Source: Flaccisagitta enflata (taxonomy: Eukaryota). Taken from it: a DNA stretch of 64,000 bases. The notes below the pieces were generated by a model that made no database searches, was not told the origin of the DNA, and saw only the letters and a program-made list of their open reading frames with translations. Position numbers and translations under genes: made by a program. Below, in pieces: positions 35,281 through 61,197 of this stretch; position 1 is the first letter of the stretch, and every line of letters starts with the position of its first letter. The stretch covers positions 4,712,001 to 4,776,000 of the forward strand of contig OZ231126.1 in assembly GCA_965153355.1 (NCBI GenBank). Direction: 5' to 3'.

Positions 35281-36953
35281 TTTGTTTTATCAATGTTGTT
35301 TGGTCAATCGGTCATTCGGTTGTTTCTTTTTGTTTGTTTGTTTGTTTGTTTTTGTTTGTTTGTTTGTTTGTTTGTTTGTTTGTTTGTTTGTTTGTTTGTT
35401 TGTTTACTTGATTGTTTATTTGGCTTGTTTTGTCTGGATTTCTCCGCTTTTCTTCGCTCCACGAGTTCCTATTGTACGATCACGAAAATGTGCATTGTAC
35501 TGCTTTTTGTAAACATGTGACATGTACAGGGTCTTTAAATTGGATTGGCTAATTGTAAACCTTTATAACTTGAAAACTACTGGGTAAATTTTCAGTGTGT
35601 CTTTGTAATACTCCATTTTGTTATGCCAAATTTCAGTATTGAGCCCTTTATTGTTGGAAGTCAGCAAAAGAGAAAATAAACTTCTGTTTTAGTCAAAGTC
35701 AAATCATTTTAGTTATTTTTGTTTCTTTATCAGCATGTAATTGGCAAACAAATTGACCAAGAACCTTGAGAATGGCCTAATTGAAAGATATGACAGACTG
35801 AACCAAATGAGAACACTTTAGTTTCATGCCATTTTTTTCTAGTTTTTTGCATCTTTTTCATTCTATTCAAATCAAAAAATCTTTTCTCAGTATGTAAAAT
35901 ACATCCCCCTTGTACCTTTTGTAGAAGTAGCATGCAGAATAGACATTAATACCAGTGATTTGATCTCAATAATACAAAGATATTGAGTAAAAATTGGATG
36001 TTGGAAGACCAAAGATTTTAAACACCAATTTTTCCCAACTATTACTGGCTAGGTAGGGGCGATTTGACCCAGTTTTTCACCAACATCTACTTAAACTAAT
36101 CACAAAGTAACATCAGTTTTTTTGCCACCGTAATCGGGCCGTTTTTGGAGTCTAAAATCGCTATCCTATAAAAAATATCAATTGACAAAGAAAACATAAA
36201 AAAAATGACGAAAAATCTATCTATTTTTTTTTAAGGCACTTCCCGTTGGAGTAAAAGGTTAAAATTTTTACCGTAGTTGAGGGGGACACCCAACTACCTA
36301 CATATCAAATTTCATAACATTTGGTCAATGTTAAGTATGGTTTTTACTGATTTTTCTACTTTACAGGCTAATTTCATATTTTGAAAAAAAAACATTTTAA
36401 AAACGGTGAATAACAAATCTTAATCATGGATGAAAATTTTGCATTTTCAAAAACATCAGACCTTAGAAAAAATATTTTAGGAAGGTCTGATTTTTTTTGT
36501 TTTCCTGATTTTTCACTTTCCATGCAAATTTGTTTTTCACCGTTTCGCTATGTCTTATCAATTTTCAACCATAGTTAAGAAGCTTCACAGCAGGAACTGA
36601 GATATAGGTCCAAAATCATCAAAAACTATTTGAGTTTCATTTTTTTGATTATTTTTTTGTGCTGAACACAAATCTGACCCTCATTTTTAAACAATCTTTT
36701 AGCAACTTTTTTAAAAGTTTTTTTGTTTTTTTTTCTTTTATAGGTTAGCTTTTTTTGACTATTTTTAATAAACATCATGTCCCGGTATAGTTTTTCACTT
36801 GACCCCAGAGTAGAGTTGGGAGAACTTATGTCGTGACTGTCGGAATCGACAGTCACACCCCATGGTGTCGGTCACTCGACATCATGGTCAAAAGCCGTCA
36901 CGACCTACTGATTGACAGACAAAGGAAAAGGTGAAGAAAAAGAGAGAGAGACA

Positions 36954-37018
<65 letters not shown>

Positions 37019-39201
37019 AATCTTGGATCACCTATGATTGTTTTCTTGCTCACTGACAAGATTCTCCCCAAGTCCGTTTGTTTCTATCCTTGTTTACAAC
37101 GAGTCCAAATTATGTTTTTTTCTACGCACATAAGCACGTCTTTAAAAGGTTATGTCTGTTGGTTGTTTAGTTGGTTGGTTGGTCAGTCGGAAACACTTTC
37201 GTTCTACTATCTGAACAGCGCCTATGATAGCCTACTTTGCCTTGTTTTCTTTTGTTGGACATAATCCTTTCATGAGGATTTTAAACAAGGCAGGATTCAC
37301 GGCCAATTAGTAGTCACTTGCTTGTGGGCAGAGGGAATTATGAGGGTGGATAAAAGCTGTACATGGTAGAGCAGGGGCTGTGATGTGGCTAGCCAGGGGC
37401 AGTGATGCATAGAAATTTCTTGACTAAAAAGAGGAAGAAAACCACCGGTTCTCACTAACTTGTTTCTTACAAAAAGGAAAAGTGTTACAAGCATATCATT
37501 CTTTTATTCACTTATTTACCCATTTACTCATTCACTCATTCATTTATTCATTCACTCATCAATTCATTCATTCCTTCATACATCCTTTGTTAATACGGGA
37601 AGCATATATCAGTAACATATGTAGACTGAGACGGAGAGGGAACCAAATTTTTAAGACCACGTCTTACAGTCTGCTGCATACTGTAGAAACGAAACGGAAA
37701 TGGCATGACGGCAACAACATCTAGCAGTGACGATGTCGGAACTTATAAGAAGACATTCAAGGGAAACGAAACTTTTGATGACCAATTGGTTTTTAGATAG
37801 TGTCGATGATCTCTACCCCAGAGAGAACTGAGGTGAAACCACTCTCAATAAAAATTTCATGGTTTTACTTAGGTCATTGACGACAAAAACAGGCTAAAAA
37901 TGGGTCAAAATGGCCAAAAATGATGTTGTTTTTTTGAAGCGTCATAGTGATTCAGATTTTTTTCACAAATCATACTCAATCTAATTAGTACAGGAATGAA
38001 TGTGCTTATCAAGAGCACACCGGTTTTTCAAACTGGCTAAAAACAGGCCATAAATGGGCCAAAAATCTGTATCTTTGTTTGATAATTTATAGTTATTTAG
38101 AATTTTTTTACTATTCTCACTTTTTTTACACAGAACTAGGACAAAAATACTCATTAGGAGCTTTTGACATTATTATCAATGACCTAACTGGCCAATAACA
38201 GGCAAAAGATGGGGCAAAATAGCCAAAATCTGCGTTTTCATCTTTCACTTCCCAATTATTTAGAATTTTCTTGTTATTCTTAAGAAATCCAATCAGAATA
38301 AAGAGCTTGTTACACAAACACTAGAACCATTTCCAGTAAACTAGGCCGGATACTCGGCTACCCCAGTTACTTGCGGATGGGCAGGGGCTGTATTTGAGGT
38401 CACTTGATCTTTTGGGCAGGAGCAGTGAGGCCAAAGATGAGCCAATTTTGGCCTCTCTAGGCATTCTGACAGACATACTGTTTATCTAAAAAAACCAACT
38501 ATATTTCCTGTTTATTGTTAGTTTTATGCCTTTATCTGATTTAAAAACTCTTAAAGCTGTTATTAATTGTAAAAACCAAGAAACTTTAATTTTATAAATC
38601 TTTAGTCACGTGCTACGCGACTCTACACCCCTATATGTCGGTCCGTCGGTTGGTTGGTTGGTCCTCTTTTTACTTTTTTTGCGTTTTTGAACTTTTCAAG
38701 CATACGGCTCCTGCCTAGATGCCCTAGTGACCTTCTCAAGCACTGCTCCTGCCTACCTGCACTCGACTAGGGTAGTTATGTATCCAGCCTTGTTTTTTAT
38801 TCTAGAACTTTTGTAGGCTGCAATATTATCAAAAATTAGAAAAAAATGTAAAAAAGTGTTTAAAAGTATAAAATAAATTGTTTTATTTTATTCTTCTATT
38901 GATTTGAATATTGTTGAACTGTTGTTTCAGGGTTTTAGCAAGATTTGTTTTTGATTGTTCATTAAAAAAATCAAAATCAGTGAAAAAGGAAATCAATAAT
39001 TTTTTAATCAAAAATAGCCATAACTTTTTTATTTGATGAGATTTTGCATTGATTTTTTCTATTAATTACCTAGTTTAGCATGTAGTATCAGGTGAATCAT
39101 GTATTTTTAGGAAACATAATGATGGATTTTTTACCCCTGGTGAAATTGAAGTGTCACGATAACTTTCATCATGTCATATGTAGATTTTTGGGTGTGTAAA
39201 C

Positions 39202-39325
39202 TAGGGATGTGGAAGCGATTGACCGCTTCCGTTTTGGTGGGTGGTAAAGCTACTAGTATTTGTACTACAAAATGGAAGCAGAAGCGGTGGAAGCGGCATG
39301 AAAATCGACCGCTTCCAGATCCCTA
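39202..39325. mobile_element. 124-bp hAT-type MITE
   Basis: TIR TAGGGATGTGGAAGCG / CGCTTCCAGATCCCTA; 8-bp TSD GTGTAAAC; internal GGAAGCG motifs. Confidence 0.88.
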
Positions 39326-39639
39326 GTGTAAACAATGATCTTTCATTTGAGACTAATCAATACATTCTAACTCCAAGTCAAAAACTTTGAAAATGGCTAG
39401 CTGACAAAAACAGTCTTTCCAAAGAAATACCACTAAGAAATGATCTGGCCTCTGATAGCTTTATTCAAAGTGATGCTGACTTTCAATTATCAATTGCTTG
39501 ATATTTAGATTTTGCAAAATAAAAAATTAGCATATTACCAACATACACTAAGAAATTGATGACTTTATGCTATGTATTTTTCAAGCTATAAAGGTTTACA
39601 ATAGGTCAATCCGATTTAAAGATCCCGCAGATGTGATTC

Positions 39640-39832
<193 letters not shown>

Positions 39833-40218
39833 CAGACCAAGACCGAGACAGACAGACAGACAGACTGACAGACAGGGACAGAGAGAAAAGGAAAGCCCTG
39901 AAAATTCGACGGAATTCTGAGCCGCAATACAAAGATAGACAGATAAGGAGACAAAGTGCTTGGCATATTTTGCGTTGCGTGTACCCGTGGCCTGTCAATC
40001 TATAAGTTGGTCAATTCGACTGTCACCTTCAACATTTGCGGCCCCTGCCCATGTGAAATTGTTTTTAGTCGCCGACACTCAACTCTATAAGCCGTCGGTC
40101 CGTCGGTCCGTTGGTCACAAAACTGTTTTTCGAGGTTTCCGCTCCTGCCTACCTGCGACTAATGATGCCGTGTAAACGGCCTTGTTTAAGTTGATCAGGT
40201 TAACTCTTATTAAAGATA

Positions 40219-40781
40219 CAGTAGATCTCCTCTAGACTTGAGATGACGGGGGCACGCATTGTGGAAAGACAATTGAAGGCAGGGGAGCAATATTTGGATC
40301 ATGGACTAATCAAAGGGTGCTTTATTCCCCATGATAGCTTGTTGCCATGGAAACACATTTCCATGTATTCTCGCTAAAATATCAATATTTTGAGAGATTT
40401 TCTTAGGGAACATTGCTTAGAATCAAATTTGCTACAACTTTCCCATGGTATGTTCTGTAAGAATGTCGCTTGTTTAGCCATTGCTAGGGAGCGTATCCAT
40501 GTGAGACAACCCCTAGCAACCGCTAAACGAGCGACATTCTTACAGAACATACTGTGGGAAAATTGTAGCAAATTTAATCTTAAAAAATGTTCCCTCAAAA
40601 AATTTCTTAAAATATTGATATTTTAGCAAAAATACATAGAAATACGTATCCATGGCAAGCAGGTATCATAGGCAATAAAGCATCCCTTCATTAGTCTATG
40701 TTTCAAATATCACTCCCCTGGCTTCATTTGTTTTTGTACAATGCTTGCCCCCGTTATCTCAAGTCTAGACGAGATCTACTG
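40219..40781. mobile_element. Fully palindromic (fold-back) Tc1/pogo-type MITE
   Basis: TA|CAGTAGATCTC...GAGATCTACTG|TA; the two ~270-bp arms are imperfect reverse complements. Confidence 0.88.
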
Positions 40782-41928
40782 TACTGCTTTGGTTTGATTT
40801 TTTGTTTGTTTGTTTGTTTGTTTGTTTGTTTGTTTGTTTGTTTGTTTGCTTGTTTGTTTGTTTGTTTCTTTGATTGTTTGTTTTATTTTTTTTTACCAAT
40901 GCTTCCAAATTCGGAATCGACCAGTGGAAGGGGACAGAGAGAGACAGAGATAGGATCTGAAGTGAAATTTAGAGACAGAGGGGAAGGAATAGAAAGAGGA
41001 GGAAAACGTGGTGTACTACCCGAATCAATAAAAGAAACGCACTTTTTGATTAGCTAATTGTAGCATTACATTTTAAAACAATAATTGAACTTCTTAAACA
41101 ATTTGCAAGATCTTGGAAAAAAAACTTTTTTTTGGCTCCAATCTGGCACTTATAGTTTTTTTGTTTTGTTTAGAAAGAGTTTGGCAATCCTATCAAAACA
41201 AGTGACGCATAGTCACAATATTGTCGCAGACAGTTGGGCAGGGACATACAACCCCTATCCACGCCCTCATTGACCCCAACAGACTCACAGATATAGACAA
41301 CAACAGTGACAGCATCAAAAATGCGCGTTTTTCGCACGTTTCAACCTGATCACCACAGATGGACCAATGTATAGACTGATGGACGTACCAATGGAGAGAC
41401 CAACCAACAGGCAGACAAACCTACTTAAAGAGTTGCATGTTGCAACAAAAAAGGCCAACACCTTACAGTTGCGTGCGGTTGTTAAGACCATAAGACTAGA
41501 AGACTTACAGACTAAAAGACCAAAAGACTAAAAGACTAAATGTAATCTTGAAATAACTTAAAATTATTTAAAATTACCTAAAATGACGTAAAACGACAAA
41601 AAAAAGCTAAGCATGACCAACGGACCGACAGACGGACCAACGGACAAAGCGGGTCATAGATTCGCGTGCACTCGACTAAAAATGGCAGTTTTGCAAAAAG
41701 ATTACTTTGACAATCTCAAAGTTCTACACTGTTTGATATACAGGTCTGGGATTTGTCTAGAATGAAAGAAAATTTCAAAAATCTTTTACTTTAACAGAAA
41801 AATGTTTCATTTTTATTAACCAAAAATGGGACGCTTTTTTTTTATTCGCGTAATAGTTTTGCACAGCAGCCGGTGAATGCCGCACTCAAAGTCGTCGTAG
41901 AGGCGGCGTCGGCAGCAGCAGCGGCGGC

Positions 41929-41959
<31 letters not shown>

Positions 41960-43010
41960 GCAGCGGCAGCGGCAGCGGCAGCGGCAGCGGCAGCGGCGGG
42001 GTATTGAAGGATTGCAGGGAGGACAAGAAAGCGGGTACTTTCACCGGAAACGTCAAGAGATCGTTTTTGGGCAGCGGCCCCAAAGGGCCGATGTCCTGTA
42101 GAACACAGGGGGGAATTTCGAGACGTCCGTCCGTCCTTCCGTCCTTCCGTCCTTCCGTCCCCCCCCCTTTGACCATCAAGGCCTCAAATTAGCCCTCCCA
42201 GGACTCAATTTAGCCCTCCAGGCCTAAAATCAGCCCTCTTGGCTTCAAATCAGCCCCCTCCCATGCCCTAAATCTGCCTCCTAGACCTCAAATCTGCCCT
42301 CCAGACCTTCAATTAGCCCTCCAAGCTTAAAACCAGCCCGCCAAGCCTCAAATCTGCTCTCCAAGCCTTAATTATGCTCTCCAACCCTCAGATATGCCTT
42401 CAGTGGCATAAATCAGCCATCTAGAGCCCCTTCAGGACGGACGGACGTCTCAAAATTCCCCCCTGTGTTCTACAGGACATCGGCCCTTTGGGGCCGCTGC
42501 CCTGCTCTCACTCCACTTCTTCACTGGATCACTCAGCAGGGCATCGGGTACCGCTGACCATGTGCGATCCTTGGATGACTAGTTATCATCATCTTGAGCG
42601 GCTTTGTTAGTCGGTCGGACGATCGGTTGGTCTGACCGTCCGGTCACATTTGACTTTTTTTGGCAGTAGCCCTAAATGACAAAAGCCCCGTAGGATATAT
42701 CACATATCTGTATGTTCACCTGTCCTTCCATCGGTCCTTCCATCAGTCCTTTCTTCCATCTTTTATGTTAATTACTTGGTCCATCCATCCGTCCATCCGT
42801 CCATCCATCTGCTGGTCCGTCAGTGACATCATGCTTTTTTGAGCAGCAGCCCCAAAGGACCAAAGTGCTGTAGAACTCGGGTGTGAATTCTAAGTTGTCC
42901 TTCCATCCCTCCATTCTGTTTATCCTTCCATCCGGCTTTGTTCTTGAATTTTTTCGATTCATCGACTGGAAACCACAACAAAAAAATTATTTCGTTTTGG
43001 TTTAGAAAGA

Positions 43011-43198
43011 AACAAGGCCGGATACACGGCTACCCCAGTCGCGTGCGGGTGGGCAGGGGCCATAATTGAGGTCACTCCATCATTTGGGCAGGAGCAGTGA
43101 GGCCAAAAACCGCAAAAACCCAAAAAAAGTAAAGTGTGACGGACGGACGGACGGACCGACAAAGCGGGGTGTAGAGTCGCGTAGCACGCGACTAAAAA
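43011..43198 (-). mobile_element. HINE/DINE-1-like (Helentron-associated) element, family 1, representative copy. Related copies at ~1114-1244, 1335-1500, 2040-2198, 2505-2697, 7120-7383, 8473-8664, 38601-38794, 40062-40185, 41452-41682, 47153-47307, 53414-53572, 54746-55014, 58887-59786
   Basis: T-run start, subterminal IR AGTCGCGTGC...GCACGCGACT, nearby partial IR, (GTCC)n microsatellite, 3' hairpin GCCG-TGTATC-CGGC and CTTGTT end: the DINE-1/HINE architecture. Confidence 0.78.
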
Positions 43199-44232
43199 CA
43201 AGGCCAAGAGATGTCCAACAGATGCGTCCTCTTTAGACATAAGATATCATCATACAAATTATTAAGATATAAAGATACTAAGATATAATAATATGAAAAT
43301 ATAATCATTCAGAGATAAAGAGAAAAATATAAACTGATTCCTCTCTCCCCCACACGCCTCTCCACCCCTACCCCCCACGCCTCCCCACTCCTCCCCACCC
43401 CTCCCCCCAAATGCCTCCCCCCCACCCCTCCCCCCCCCCCTCCCCCCCCCACGCCTCCCCACCCCTCCCCCAAACGCCTCCCCACCCCTCCCCCCACGCC
43501 TCCCCCCCTCCCCCCACGCCTCCCAACCCCTCCCCTACACCCCTCCCCCCACGCCTCCCCAAACCTCCCTCCTCTTCCTCATAAAGAGACATGAAGGGAC
43601 TTAAAGAGACATGGAGAGTTATGGAGAGACATGAAGAGACATGAGGAAACATGAGGAGACATAAGAGACATGAAGAGACATGAAGAGACATAAGAGACAT
43701 AAGAGACATAAGAGACCAAAGAGGTATAAGAGATATAAGAGACATAAGAGATATAAGAGATCTAAGAGATATGAGATATAAGAGAAATAAGAGACAAAGG
43801 AGACATCAGAGACATATGAGACATGTAGGAGACATAGGAGACTTTAGAGACATGTAGGAGACATGTAGGAGACCAAAGAGACAAAAGAGACATAAGAGAC
43901 ATAAGAGACATAAGAGACATAGGAGACCTAAGATACATAAGAGAAAAAAGAGAAAAGAGATAAAAGAGACATATAGGAGACATAAGAGACACATAGGAGA
44001 CAAAAGAGACAAAAGAGACAAAAGCGATGAAAGAGACAAATGAAATATAAGAGACAAGAAGATACATGAGGAGAAATGAAGAGAAAACCTTGAAAATCGC
44101 GTTTTGAAATTTTCGCGTGACACTCAGACCAAGGGACACACCCTCTTATAGAGATGCGAGGACGCATCTAAAAAATGGGTTCATGATTCCGATTTGGAAA
44201 AACAAAAGAGGAAGAAAAATGACGAAAAAGGC

Positions 44233-44321
<89 letters not shown>

Positions 44322-44372
44322 AGGGTGCGGGGCAGCGGGGGTTTGAAGAGCGAGAAGAAGAAGAAGAAGAAG

Positions 44373-44451
<79 letters not shown>

Positions 44452-44557
44452 CAATGGTGACAAAGGTGATGAAAGTGATGATGTTGATGATGGTGATGGT
44501 GATGATGATGAAGATGACAACGATGATGATGATGATGAAGACGATGATAATGAAGAC

Positions 44558-44622
<65 letters not shown>

Positions 44623-44635
44623 CAATGATGATGAC

Positions 44636-44668
<33 letters not shown>

Positions 44669-45189
44669 GACTATGGTGATGGTAGTGATGATGTTGATGA
44701 TGAAGATGATGATGAAGATAACGATGAGGATGATAATAATGGGGATGATAATTATAATCCTGAGGATGATGATGATGACAATTGTGATGATAGTGATGAT
44801 ATTCATGATGGTGTTGATGATCGGGAAAAAAGTCGAAGTCAGTCTTTGACTTTTTGACATATTCGGGAGAAACATGGTTACTATTTTCTTATGCGGAAGT
44901 TTTGAATCTCAATTGACCGATTGGGGCTTCCAAAGAAATTGATAAGGAAAGTAGAAATGATAATTCTCTTTCATTTAGCGCCAAGCAGAATGCTCTATGA
45001 AGATTATTTTTTGCATAATGACTTTTTAAAGATTTATTTACAAAAAATTCAAATTGATTTTTTTTCGATTTTATGTGTTTTTAATCAGGACCAATAAAAG
45101 GGTGTATTTATGTTTGTTTGAGCATGCAAATACAAGAAAACATGTCTATCAGCTGTTTATCAGCAGTTTATAAGCTGCTCATCTCATGC

Positions 45190-45798
45190 CACGGGGGAGA
45201 CTTTCATAGGTCAAGAAAAATTCTCGGTCATAATGGAGAGTGGTTTGGGCCTCAGGAAGGTTTACTTTATCACTTCATGCAAAAACGAAATTTTTTTTAC
45301 TTTAAAATTTTTGAAGAATGCCGTTAACTGCCGTAAAAAGCTGTAAAATTGACATCTATGACAGTTATTTTGGTACAGAACCGCTGCTATAGTCAAAAAA
45401 TGGGCAAATAATGATTATCTGGCACTAAGACACATTCATGCATAAATCCAGGCCCACCCGTCAACATTTAGTATCATTTTGTGCCGTAAAATACCTTAAA
45501 AAGCCGTAAAAATGGCATTTTTGATGACGGATTGGCCTGTATTTATGCATGAATGTGTCTCAGTGCCAGATAGATATTGTTTACCCATTTTTTGACCATA
45601 GCGGCGGTTTTAGACAAAAAAAACTGTCAAAAATGCCAATTTTACGGCTTTTTACAGCAATTTACGGCATTTAAAAAAAATTTTGAAAGAAAAAAATTTT
45701 CGTTTTGGTATGAAGTGATAAATAAAACCTTCCTGAGGCCCAAACCACGCTCCATTATGACCGAGAATTTTTCTTGACCTATGAAAGCCTCCCCCGTG
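45190..45798. mobile_element. Fold-back MITE with CACGG...CCGTG ends (Chapaev/CMC-like)
   Basis: Arms ~45190-45460 and ~45530-45798 are reverse complements (e.g. CATAGGTCAAGAAAAATTCTCGGTCATAATGGAG). Confidence 0.8.
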
Positions 45799-46277
45799 GC
45801 GTGATCTTTGAGGATGTTTTTGAGCATTTTATCTCATTTAGCTCATTTAGCTCAGTCTTTTTTCTGATTTCAAATGTGATAAATGAAAGCATGTCAGTCG
45901 GCAGAGCTGCTTATCTGTGAGGGTGTTTTTAAGTATTCTAGCTCATTTAGCTTATTTAGCTCGCTCTTTTTTTCTGATTTTAAATAGGATGAATGAATAA
46001 ATGTTTTGATTTGGACATGCAAATGCTGGAAAGCATGTCAGTGAGCATAGCTGGTTGTGTGGTTGAGTGATTCTGAATATTTTTGCTCATCTAGCTTATT
46101 TGGCTCAGTCCTATTTCTTCTGATTATTAGTGCCATCAATACATTTCTTGATTTGATCTTTCAAAAAAAAAAATTTCAGTAACTGCACTGAAGACCAAGG
46201 CTTGGTAAAAAGTGACCAATGCTTACGACTTTTTTCCTCACGGCGACAGCCGCCATTGCTGGTAAAGATGACGATGA

Positions 46278-46853
<576 letters not shown>

Positions 46854-47573
46854 GTAAGAAATAAAATTTGAGAAGATTTTGTAGTTTTAGCGCTTCTTAA
46901 ATATGACAGGACAATTGATCACCATTTGAACCCAGAATTGTTTATCACTCTATGGGGTGGCAAGTCAACGACATTTTGTCGATGCGAGGAAGAAAATCAA
47001 ATGATGGGGGGGAGGAGGGAGGGGGGGTGGAGAGAGGAAGAATAAGAAGAATATTATGTAAACAAGGTTTTTTTTCAGCCTCTGTCGAGTATTTCTCATT
47101 TTTCCACCCGATTCAAAATTGTGAGTGCCAAAAAAATCGCGTCGCTCTCGAGTTTTTAGTTGCGGACACGCAACTCTATAAGAGGCTTTGTCCGTCCGTC
47201 CGTCCGTCGGTCCGTCCGGGGTCATCGAGTTGAAAAGTGGGAAAACGGGCATTTCCGCCCCTGCCCACCCGTCCGCAACTGGTATTGGCCGTGTATCCGG
47301 CCTTGTTGGGTAAAATTCGTAAGCGCATTTCAAATGTTGAAATTGTCGGCCTGTATTCAAATTCGATGGTAAAAGTTGGCTGGAATTGACAGATATCGAT
47401 CAAGATTGTTATCTCTTGCAAGCAAGAAACCAACGGGCGTTGTCCGTCCGTCCGTCCGTCCGTCAGTTTGACCGCCCATCCCAACGTAGCTCCTATATAC
47501 CCCCGATGCAGACCGGGTACCAGCCAACCGCCTTGACTACCCAAAACACCATCCGTCCGTCGTGACGGTTGCA

Positions 47574-47656
<83 letters not shown>

Positions 47657-47663
47657 AAGAATA

Positions 47664-47749
<86 letters not shown>

Positions 47750-47912
47750 AATGATGATGATGATGATGATAATGATAACGATAACGATGATGATGATGAT
47801 GATGATGATAATGATGATGATGACGGTGATGATGATGATGATGATGATGATGAAGATGTTGATGATGATAATGATAACGATAACGATAACGATGACGATG
47901 ATGATGATGATA

Positions 47913-47944
<32 letters not shown>

Positions 47945-47945
47945 A

Positions 47946-48033
<88 letters not shown>

Positions 48034-48089
48034 CAATTGTAATGATAATGATGATGTTGATGATGGTAATTATGATGAACATGACAAAA

Positions 48090-48138
<49 letters not shown>

Positions 48139-48190
48139 CAATGACGATGATGCTTCGGTTCATCGGTCCCTATCTTGATTTCCAAATCAG

Positions 48191-58716
<10,526 letters not shown>

Positions 58717-59084
58717 ACATGTATGACAGAAAATCATATTCATTTGTCAAATCATCTAATCATTGACCTGAATCTTTAAATCATAATTAAAACAATAAGA
58801 GCTTGAATTGATTGATTGAATTGTAAGAGCTGTAGATTTTGTTTTTAACGATATCTCTTAGATTGAACATGAATGAGAATATCAATTTTTTAGTCGCTTG
58901 CTACGCAACTCTATACCCCGCTTAGTCCGCCGGTCACTTGGTTGGCCCCCCTTTTGGGCAGCGGCTCCAAAGGGGTCGATGACCTATGCTTTCACACATA
59001 TGGGGAAATTTCTCTTTCTCATCCATCTATCCGTCCGTCTGTCTGTCCGTCTGTCCGTCCAACTGTCCGTCCGAACGTCTGTCC

Positions 59085-59139
<55 letters not shown>

Positions 59140-60834
59140 CGTCCGTCCGTCCGTCCGTCCGTCCGTCCGTCCGTCCATCTGTCCACCCCCCCGAGCGCGA
59201 GGCTCAAATCCCAGTCCCGAGACCTAAATTCCAGCCTCATGGCCCAAATCCTAGCCTCAAGGCCTAAATCCTAGCCTGGAGGGCCAAATTCTAGCCTGGA
59301 GGCCCAAATCCTAGCCCAGAGGCCCAAATCCAAGCCTTGAGGCCAAAATCCCAGCCAAGAGACCCAGATTCCAGCCTCCAGGCTAGAATTTGGGCCTCTA
59401 GGCTAGGATTTGGGCCATGAGGCTAGGATTTGGGCCATGAGGCTGGGATTTGGGTCTTGGGACTGGGATTCAAGCCTCGAGACTGGGGAGAGGGCAAACA
59501 GACTGACGGATGAACGGATGGACGGAGGAGAAGGAGAAAATTCCCCATATGTGTGAAAGCATAGGTCATCGACCCCTTCGGGGCCGCTGCCCTGTTTCCC
59601 CTTCAACTTCTAAAACAACCTACTTAGGCAGGGCACGGGTACTGCTGACCATCTAACGCTTTTGCGACTATTATTCCTTTTGGGCGTTTTTTAGCTTTTT
59701 GAGCTCACTGCTCCTGCTCAAATGCCCAAGTAACCTTTTCTATCACTGCCCCCGCCCATCTGAATGCGACTGTATCCGGCCTTGTTGATCTGCAAATGAA
59801 TAACCAGTTGTGTGCCCTCAACTATCGGTCTGTCTGACCATTTGACGCTTTTGACATAACTTTTTTTTGATTGTGTGCAAATTTTGCATAACCTTATATT
59901 GCATGTATGAGTCAGGTTGAATCACTTTGAATCTGGTTGAATCAGGTTGAATCAGGTTAATAAGATGATGAACATTGCAACTGAATATCATCTAGCTACT
60001 GATAGAATGATTTGATGTACTGATGAAAGTCGGGCTATTGCTAATGGTGCCTGTTTACAAAAGTTAGTATGATCCTTTTATAGAAATGCTTGCACCCTCC
60101 TTTCTATAAACTTTTTACCTCATAAACAGTAATGCAAGATTACAATACTGTCGGCTTATCACCGGATTGGTGGGCAGGGGTGTATGTGTACCCCTACCCC
60201 CCTCCGTGCAAACGCAAACACAGCTTGGGCATTTGAAATGAAATTTTCACACTTTCCAACTGGGTCATCAGGGACAAATGGACCCATGTCATGGACCAAA
60301 AGACCAACCAAATGACAAAGCCTCTTATAGAATCGCGAGTCTGTGACTCAAAATGCGCAAAAAAATGGTTTTTGTTCAATGCATAATTGAAAAACAAAAG
60401 AAGGACAACTCATGAGTCAGTATTCAGGGCAAATTTGCTGATCAGAAAATTCAACTTCTTTCTATTTGTTAGACATTCAGTACCTGAGTGAAATCCACGG
60501 AACTGACAAATGATAGTATCAGAAGCATTTAGAAATGGCGGAATAGTCTATTGATGAGAAAATCAAAAGATGAGAACAGTCTTACAAATAAAAGACAATT
60601 ATAAGTATTCAATCTGATTACAACACTTCACACATACAAATTTGAGTTTTGGAAATCATCACTTTACTGATAAATATAAATGGATGGAGAGAGTCAATGT
60701 AAAAATGCTGCATGAAGGCCATTTAGCGGTGGAAATGCTTAAAGATCAATTAAAAGGTATGAAGCGCTGCTTAAATATGCATTGAGATGATAAATGGAAA
60801 AAAGATTCACATTTAAGGGAGCGCAAGATAAATC

Positions 60835-61197
60835 ATTATTATGTTTGCCAGGGTGGCTAAAAAAAGCCAAGATTTTACTCCCTCCCGCAAAAATGTTTTT
60901 TCTTTGCAAAAATGCTTTCAAATGAGCCATTTCCTGACTTTCAAATCGATTTGGAATTACGTTATCATGACCCTGAAGTTTCCATAGGTATGTAAGACTG
61001 TCAAAATTTTCATAATGAAATCAATGATTGAAATAATTATTCTAATGCAAACTTAAACCACACCCTAACAATGGTTTCTGGTCAAATTGACAGTTCTGCA
61101 ATGGATCATTTGAAAGAATTTTTGCAAAGGAAAAACATTTTTGTAGGGGGAAGTTCACTCTTGGCTTTTCTAGGCACCGTGGCAAACATAATAATTC
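60835..61197. repeat. Degenerate long inverted repeat (old fold-back MITE)
   Basis: ~60835-60931 is an imperfect reverse complement of ~61100-61197. Confidence 0.65.

Noticed and set aside
36838-36911. ESTVTPHGVGH as the N-terminal HG motif of the DEG/ENaC gene
   Set aside because: Bounded by in-frame stops with no following TM1; better explained by the hairpin element. The channel's 5' exons remain unlocated.
41867-42035. GC-rich (GGC/AGC)n stretch after a CAG acceptor as a channel exon
   Set aside because: No family motif, and its phase does not connect to the exon at 48191; unresolved.
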